This document shows, in pieces, positions 55,911 through 64,000 of a stretch of DNA of 64,000 nt. Source of the DNA: Octopus sinensis. Taxonomy: Eukaryota. The stretch lies in the NCBI RefSeq assembly GCF_006345805.1, contig NC_042998.1:83576001-83640000 (forward strand), written 5' to 3'. Every line of letters begins with the position of its first letter. Position 1 is the first letter of the stretch. The position numbers and the translations under genes were made by a program. Under the pieces are notes generated by a model. It did no database searches. It was not told where the DNA came from and saw only the letters and a program-made list of their open reading frames with translations.

Positions 55911-57311
55911 TGCATGAAGTTTTAAGGAAATATTTATTTACCGTTACATTACAATACCCTGCCTCGACTGGCAGGTTATGATAAATCCAAAAGCATGTGA
56001 AGTAAAGTTTGTGTTTGTGTCCTCTTCATTGTTTAGTAGTAATTACCGAGAGAGATAGAATGATGTGTTAAGAGAACAGAATTAGGGCTAGTGAGAGTTG
56101 TAGGGTGTGGGACGTTGTCTCATAGTTGCTGATAGTAAACTTCATTTCTCCCTCTGACCAAGGTTCTAGCTGGTTGAGTCGTCACCGACTGATTTTTGCT
56201 TGGGGTGTTTCTTGCTTTTATAACTATCCAGAAGGATAGACATATCATTGAGAACAATAGATTTAGTTGGTGGTCTTGTTATCTCTATTGTAGCTTTTGG
56301 TGAAGTAGAAGAGGTTAGAAAGGGTCAAGTGGTGAAGACATTATTTCAGCCTAGCTAAAGGCATCTGGAAAATGTAAAGCTGCTGTCAGAGAAAAACCAT
56401 TGTTCCACCGTGGGAAAAGTTCTGTTGCAGTGTTAATTTAAATTTGGCTATGGTCGATGGAATCCACTTCATGCTTGCAAGATTCACTACATCACTCCCC
56501 TCGCCAGTGAGGTTCCGGGAAAGGAAACGAACGATCGAAAGAGAGAAAGAAATGCATGGTAAATGTTTTTCAGCAGTGAAATGCGTCTGGTGCTGTTGTC
56601 GTGATTAATTGCTGAGTTAGCAAGGGCGACTGTGTAAGCATGCTGGAGTGATGCGCGAGACAGATAATTTTCTCTGTTAATTACGTGACCAAACGGGGGT
56701 CTAACAGGGGGAAATTATGCCTAAACATGAGCGCAGCGCATGTGAACATCCGACGTGCTTTGAGTCGGGAGAAGAATTGAGCTGACGCAGACGTGTTGCA
56801 AAACAAGGGAGTAGACGTGCAGAACAGAAGTGCATGTGCATGAGTGCTTGCTAGGCTGAAATACAGTGTACAGTATTGAATATGCCAGTGATTAATGTAG
56901 TAAGGCTGAGGCTGCCAACCAGTACTTGAGCTATTATATGCCTCGATCGTGCAGGAACTAAAGTTTGGCATGCTGGAGCGTTGTAAAGGACAAACAACTT
57001 TCTCTATGTATGCGTGACCGACCTAGGATCTTACAGAGATGAGTTGTGTCTACAAGGGCGCATTGAGCATGGAAAACAATCGAGAAAGGCATGTGTGGCG
57101 TATGAATGTGACAGAGATAGCATTTGTGTGTGTATTAACCATGTGTGCAGATGCGTGCGCAAGGCCAGGCGCTGAGGAAAGGTGTATGTGTGTGTATGCA
57201 ACAATACAAACATTTTCAAAGCGAATAAAAAAAAGTACATGCAAAATATGAATAATAATAAAGAACATTCAAAAAGATATGCACAGGAATTTAGCAGTTT
57301 TAGTGAACGAG

Positions 57312-57462
57312 TCATCGCAGAATTTATGCATCGCGGAATGTGTGCATCGCGGAATCTGTGTATCGCGGAATGTGCATTACGGAATATGTGCCTCGCGGAA
57401 TATGTGTATCGCGGTATTTGTGCTTCACGGAATGTGATGTGTCCATCGAGGAATATGTGTAA
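57312..57462. repeat. About 9 tandem copies of a 16-bp unit (GCATCGCGGAATGTGT)
   Basis: Direct reading. Confidence 0.8.
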
Positions 57463-58329
57463 CTCGTAAACAATTGAAAGTGTGCAGTGCAAACAGAACA
57501 ATAAAATAAGCGAAATAACAAACTTAGCTGAAAATAGTGTCCTTTGTTAAAAGTCTACAGCTGAAAGTGAAAAGATGTGCATGCTAAGAAAAAGAGTTGT
57601 TGAAAGTCTATGTGAGTCTTATGTACGTGCAAAAGTTCATAGACAATGCAGGGTTTGTACGTCGGGACGAGACGAAAAGCGTATGTGTGCCGAAAAGGTT
57701 GCATGTGCGGGCTTCCGTATTTTCTTCCAGTTAGTTTCTGGGCATGTAGCTGTCAAAATGTTGCGTTTATAGGCTTTCATGGTCGCCGATTTCCTTGTGC
57801 AGTGTTGCATTGTGGTGAAGTGCATCGTTGATTGCATCGCAGTATAGTACTTTCTGTAGCAGGTCGATGGAGAGTGCATCCTGGTGGTTACGAAGGTTGT
57901 CATTCTTTTTCTTTGGTTTAGCGAACTAGATATTCTAGTTCTTTAGTTCGAATCAGTAAAAAATGCAGCGGCATGTAGCATTGGAAGGTATCAATTCTCT
58001 TTACACGGGTTCACCAATTGTAAGCGATGAAGTTTAATTTTTGTAGCGATGCCTGTTATGGTGCAACGTCGGGGTCGCCAGTTTATCGATGATGTATCTT
58101 TAGAAGGCAGCGATTCTTTTTTTCACGGAGTCGACAGTTGTTGCGGTTAATTCTTGGGAAGGCTGCAATGCTCTTGTTCGGGGTCACCAGTTGTAACGAT
58201 AAAGTTTTTGTTGAAGTCGAGGGTCACCAATTGTGGCGGTTAAGATTAATTAGTAAACAATATTATGAAATGTCTGAATCAGCAGTTGTAACGATAAAAA
58301 TTTGTCGTCATAATTGCATACTGTAGGAT

Positions 58330-58720
58330 GTGAAAAATGGACAATGCATGCTTGCAAGATTCACTAAAATTAGGCATGTAACACCATCGAGACCAGGAGA
58401 GGCATAGTTGCGTTTATTCTTAAGGTGGCGTTGTAGCATTGCTGGTGTAAATTTCATAGTAGATATAGAGTCCGGTGTCAGAGGTGATGGAAATGGAACA
58501 TTTTGATCTTTAACAGTAAAGATGCCTGCATAGCATCCAGCAATGATTTCTGCACATTCTTTGGGATTCTCAGTAATCTGGTCTGTGTGGGGATTGCCAA
58601 GTGGACCAACTGGAGAGTGAGGTCTCTCGCGAGCAGTTCCAGCTGCTTTACATCCTTTTTTGAAGTTGAATAGCAAAATTGCTCGAATATTGCGCTTTGA
58701 CAGCTCCATTTCAGATGATT
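58330..58720 (-). mobile_element. Mariner transposase N-terminus fused to a CR1 linker fragment
   Basis: MELSKRNIRAILLFNFKKGCKAAGTARE followed by YAGIFT..L..K..ASPGLDGV. Confidence 0.6.
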
Positions 58721-61108
58721 GTAACAACGGTGATAAAAATATCAATGTTAATTTATTGATGCAATTTGGCAAGTGCAACTCTATATTATCAGACAATTGC
58801 AAAAAAATGCATTAAAAAAAATTAAACTCTGCAAAAATCCGGTACAAATTCTTCATTGTTCAAAACGTTGCTTACGTTTTACTCAACTAGATACATATTT
58901 GTAAATTGGTATCAAAATACATCACCTTCAGTTACCGGAGTGGACAGCCAGGTCGTTAACATTTTTTTCTTCTTTTACTTTCACAGTTATGTCCCTTCGG
59001 AACATATTTTGACAGAATCGTTAGCCTTTCGAATAAAACGCACAGCAGTAGTTCATCCGTCTTCACGTTCTGAAATCAAATTCCACCGAGGTCGATTTTG
59101 CTTTTCATCCTTTCGGGGTCGATAAACTTATCAGGATACAACAAAACCCAAGTAGCTTAGTGGGCAGAGACAAACCTACAACAGTAGTACAGTATATGGG
59201 ATTTATTTACACTAATTTAATATCATTGTCACCAGATTTAGTAACATGGATCAAGTACTTCTGACAATATCAACAACAGGGTAGCGTTCTGCATACTAAA
59301 TACACACACGATTATGTCTCATATAGCTTGAAAAACTTCTGGGGTTATATATCCTTGCAATTAATAGACAAAACTTACTCTGAAGATGAGTACCTACAAC
59401 AAAAATGAAATGTTTCTAAAAATACTAAGGGAGATGACTCTAACATCCTTAACGGTGATGCAGCTGGTTATTGACTTGGCGCTTACTTTGAGAAGATACA
59501 AGGTCAGTTTATGGTTGATGGGAGGGGTGCGCCAGCAATTGCGTCGATTTCTGTAATTAACGCTAGAGAGATGGGCGGCAAAATAGACGCCACGATGATG
59601 TAAATTCACATAATACACGACCGAAACTAAATACTATAATGTATTTAAAATTTAGTGCGCTATCATTTCTGTTCCCTCTCTTCTTATCATTTCAGTAAGG
59701 TCAACGGCATAGTGAAGAAGGAAGAGATGCTTACCACCACATCATCCTATCGGTCGAATTTGTGAAGGAATTCTCAAATTTCCTCTAACTTAGCAAATTT
59801 GTTAATTAATTAAGAAAAGCGGCGTGAATTAAAAGATGGGGTGCTAAAAGTGTCTTTTGCCGTTGCGCAAGAAGAATCCTTTTTCTAAGTTAAAGGGTGA
59901 TGTAGAAAATGTTGAGCTAAAAATGATAAATGCTTGAAAATTATTTTTCCTTCTCTTTAAAACTTGCCAATAATTGTCACTAGGGTTTTTGTTTCCTATT
60001 ATTGAATGAAAATTAATTTTGATTAATTATATTAAAACAAACTATTTTATTCAATTATTATCAGTCGATTGAATCAAGTGTCACTTATTTTATCGACCAG
60101 AAGTATGATAAAGGTAGAGCCGACTTAAACCCGATTTGAACTCAAAAGGTGTAATTATACGTAGTGCATTATATTTCTATTTCATTTTCAGCCGTTTAGT
60201 CAGAAGAGAGATAACAGAGTCCATATTCCTTTGGATGACTGATTGAATGAATATTTTCGTCTTCATGTCTGAGAGGCCTTGAGCAAAACCCCCATTCCTA
60301 CTCACGCACTGAGGACTCATGCTGCACCTGTGTATTCCACCAAGGTCCCCTCTGTTCAGTGCTTAATGGTTATGGTTTCATCAAATGCTTAGCGGCATTA
60401 CGTTCTGGGTTCAAATTCCGCTGAGGTCGACTTTGCCTTTCATTCTTTCGGAGTTGATGAAATAAGTACCAGTTATGCACTGGGGTCAATGTAATCGACT
60501 ATCCCTCCTACAACTTTTCAGGCCTTGTGCCTACAATCTTTGTCATTGTCACTGCTAGTCTTTTTTCCATCCATTCGGCGCCTATAAGTTTTGGTACGAT
60601 AAACGGGAGAAATTATACTCAAATCGGGATCTTGTTTCGAATGCTTGCGGCAAAACTCCGTTAAAAGAACCCAAGGCCACGTCAGAAGTTGCCAAATAAA
60701 CAAATACCACATTCCACCAAAATATTGGTAGGTTGTTAGTATGTTATTTTTATCACATAGAAATATTTTTATTAGTCAACAACAGGATTGATTTCGTCAT
60801 AAGGTGATGATGTATTCATGGCTGTTGAGAATAACAGATGGGACGTTTGTGGCGATGATGATGTTGATGATGAGGATGATGATGATGATGATATTGGTTG
60901 CAGTGGTGGAGATTAATGTGGTGCTGGTGGTGGCTGCAAATGTACTTGTAACTGTGAATTGGCATTTTCTCTTTATCAGGAATTAGGGACATAAAATGCC
61001 ATTAAGGTTATCCAATGACAGCCACAAGGAATAATAACACTAGAACAGAGGTTCCCAACATTTTCACCTCCAAGGACCATTTTTATTTAAATGTGTTTTC
61101 CACGGATC

Positions 61109-61155
<47 letters not shown>

Positions 61156-61389
61156 AAAATAAGCAACAAGGATATCCAGAGGTAATGCAGTACGATCGTT
61201 TTACGCAACTCCCTTTAAGTGAACAATGCAACCATTACATCAATTTAAATGCAGAGCAATCCTCAGTTGCTCAGAGACATAGAATTTAATTAAATTAAAA
61301 CAGATGGACACATTAGTATAATTTTACCTAAAATCTGCAAGAAGTTAAGGAGATAGACAAAGAACATGCTGCCTTCACTTCCACTTAGA

Positions 61390-61646
61390 AGCTACTTGCT
61401 GAACTAGTCACAATGCACTTCGCAATGTTTTAGCCTTCAAATGACGCCACCCCGCTGGCTAAGCGAGCAGGCCAACAGAAGAAAGAGTGAGAGAAAGTTG
61501 TGGCGAAAGAGTACAGCAGGGTCCGTCACCACCCCCTGCCGGAGCCTCGTGGAGCTTTTGGTTTTTTTCGATCAATAAACACTCACAACGCCCGGTTGGG
61601 AATAACCGCGAGTCCGCTGCCCTAACCACTGGGCCATTGCGCCTCC
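61390..61646 (-). mobile_element. tRNA-derived SINE (same family as 526-832)
   Basis: Reverse-complement match including gggccattgcgcctcc. Confidence 0.8.
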
Positions 61647-61657
61647 ACACACACACA

Positions 61658-61734
<77 letters not shown>

Positions 61735-61740
61735 TTCCTT

Positions 61741-62545
61741 TGTCCATGATCCCTTAGGTGGCTTTTAAGTTCAGCATTAGATTGGCACGGTCTGCAGCAA
61801 ACGTGACAGAAAACATGTGCCCTCTATTGGATTTATTGGGTCAGCTTGTGGGCTGTCATCCTTATGTATCCTCATATCTCTTTTAAGACCAGGTATTAAT
61901 TTGCAAATCTTTTTGCACACTAAACTTGTTGTCTCACCCAGCATTAGAGGGATAACGCTGCATGTAGTTGGCTTGTTATGTGATTTTTAATGAGAGATGT
62001 ATCCAGATTTAGAGAGTAGTAAACGACCACACACGTCACAAATCCAGCTCACTATGTTCTTACTGATGTTCATACCGAGGCCTTTTCGAAGCTGGCGTTT
62101 CAATTTTTCATAATTGAGGCGTCTTTCTTCAAACATTCTGTAGCCTTCCTTTACGTATCCCCTCCATTTACTCCTCTTTAAAGCTAGCACTTCCCAGTCC
62201 TGATCTTTACGCTGAAGATCTTTAAGGTTGTTTTTTTATGCAATCTTTGTATCTTTTTCTTGGTTTGTGCATACATATGTACATGGTTGTCCACTCCTTA
62301 TGCAGAGTTTGACCACCTTCTGTACCTACACATTAGAACCATCAAAGCATCTGATGTGGCTTTTTAAACCAGATAATGTTTTGAAGAGACACCCACATAA
62401 ATTCCAAATCAGATTTGGACCAATAAGAGCTGCAGATAAGTTCTGATCTTTGTGGGTCTTAAAATGTTTTTTGAGGCCTCCGTTAGATTTGCAGACCTTC
62501 TGGCATACATTGCATTGAAAGGTTTTCACAGACATATTGACAGAA
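61741..62545 (-). mobile_element. RTE-type LINE C-terminal remnant with several C2H2 zinc fingers
   Basis: PRKRYKDC..DWEVLALKRSKWR..EG...FEERR; fingers CDVCGRLLLSKSGYISH*KSH, CHVCCRPCQSNAELKSHLRDH, CNVCQKVCKSNGGLKKHFKTH and two degenerate ones. Confidence 0.72.
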
Positions 62546-62550
62546 TAGTT

Positions 62551-63380
62551 GGTGGATGTCACAATTTGGATTTATTCCTAACTCCAGCTGCTGTAATCAA
62601 CTCATCGAATTTCTCGAGGACATTCCCCGAATCACTAATGACATCTCCTGTGTGGATGTTGTTTACCTGGACTTTGCTAAGGCTTTTAATTCTGTGCCAT
62701 ACAAAAGACTTATGGTGAAACTCTCTGCAGTGGGTGTAAGAGATGATCTCTATAACTGGTTGATGTCCTTCATTATCGGCCGAAAAGAGGGTGTCACATT
62801 TCTAGGACAGCACTCTTCAACTTATGAGATGACATCTGGTGTACCACAGGGATCTGTTCTTGGTCCCCTTTTATTTGTTGCATATATTAATACCCTACAT
62901 CAGGCATTTGCCATATTTTGAACGCCTTACTTCTCTGGGCATGGATACATTGAAACTCCGACGTCTGGCAACTGACTTGGCAGACACCCATAAAATTATT
63001 AACCAACTTACTAACACTAACTCTGAGCACCTTTTCAAACTCCACCTGTCTAACACCCGTGGACATGTTTACAAAGTCAGAAAACAACACAGCTCCCATG
63101 ATTTTCGGAAACATTTTTTCACGCTAAGAGTTGCTGAAGTATGGTACAAACTGCCGGCATCAGTTGTTAGTTGTCCGAGCACTGCATCCTTCAAAACTTC
63201 CATGCTTCCTGAGATTCGCCAACACTACACCTGATTTTCTCCCCTCCATACACACGCAAGCATGTATCTGATTCATACACTGTTCACTTTCCAAACATTT
63301 GTACATTACTGCATATGCTTTATACGCACTTTTGACAAGTTGTAGTGCACCTGAGCACTGTATACAATAATTTCATTATT
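62551..63380 (+). mobile_element. Internally deleted CR1-group LINE with 3' end
   Basis: 62551-62890 near-identical to the reverse complement of about 55262-55600; jumps from YIN to the C-terminus; tail matches 36154-36510. Confidence 0.88.
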
Positions 63381-63384
63381 ATTA

Positions 63385-64000
63385 TTGTCTATTTTTAAAA
63401 TGTTTGGTGAGGAAATTACCAGTGAGTGGTCAGCTCGAAAATGGTTTAAACGATTACGCAGTGGAGACCCTGAACCTTGAAGATTGTGAGCGTAGTGGAC
63501 GCCCACCTGTCATCGATGACGGTCAATTAAAGACTGTCATTGAGAAAGAACCACGTAAAACCACTCTAAAACTGGCAAAAGAACTTCAAGTTAGTCAGAA
63601 AACTGCCTGCAACTATTTGCATGCAATCGGAAAATCAAACTAGCTCGACAAATGATTTGAATGAAAATCAGAAAATGTGCAGATATGAAATTTGCTTGTC
63701 ACTTCTCCGTAACCAGACCAATCCATTTCTCGACCGTATTGTAACTTGTGATGAAAAGTAGATTCTGCACAATAATAAAAAACGTTCTTCGCAGTGGTTG
63801 AACCAAAATGAAGCACCGAAAACCTTCCCTAAACCTGAGCTCTTCAAAAAAAAGGTTATGGTGACTGTTTGGTGGTGTGCTGCTGGACTCATCAACTATA
63901 AATTTTTAAAACCCAGAAAAAACTATTACTGCAGAAACATATTGCCATGAAATTCCCAAAATGAACGAAAAACTGCTATTCCTCCGTCCGAGACTGGTCA
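63385..64000 (+). pseudogene. Degenerate Tc1/mariner (mariner-type) transposase, runs off the window
   Basis: WFKR..LEDCERSGRP, FLDRIVTCDEK*, KVMVTVWW..G, ITAETYC. Confidence 0.9.

Noticed and set aside
62326-62562. Host C2H2 zinc-finger gene
   Set aside because: No TGEKPY linkers, contiguous with an RTE C-terminus, and disrupted by stops.

Overview
Eukaryotic, repeat-dominated genomic DNA; the SINE and dispersed-repeat families look like those of Octopus (recognised from memory, not by search). No bacterial genes, CRISPR array, rRNA or full tRNA gene were seen. The left 15 kb is intron-like (SINEs, piggyBac-like MITEs, a CR1-type LINE 3' end, an 801-bp tandem duplication, a 39-bp minisatellite). 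It ends in a candidate minus-strand host gene start (ATG at 14549) with a CTCF-like motif upstream. From 15.7 to 41 kb is a dense nest of retroelements: two degenerate members of a compact, atypical Gypsy-like LTR lineage, an R4/Dong-like LINE, a promoter-bearing 1.3-kb unit, and a young near-intact Gypsy (1063-aa Pol) inside a Chapaev3-like transposon inside the LTR of an older Gypsy. From 41 to 64 kb are MITEs (one with a TTAGGG core, one 450-bp foldback), Penelope, CR1, RTE-with-zinc-finger and mariner remnants. The two most notable observations: (1) both atypical LTR elements have a primer-binding site exactly complementary to the first 12 nt of tRNA-Phe (its 5' end, not the CCA end), abutting the LTR; (2) all 13 orientable coding TE remnants between 15.7 and 62.5 kb lie on the minus strand, as in uni-strand piRNA clusters. 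All alignments were done by eye; coordinates of degenerate elements are approximate.
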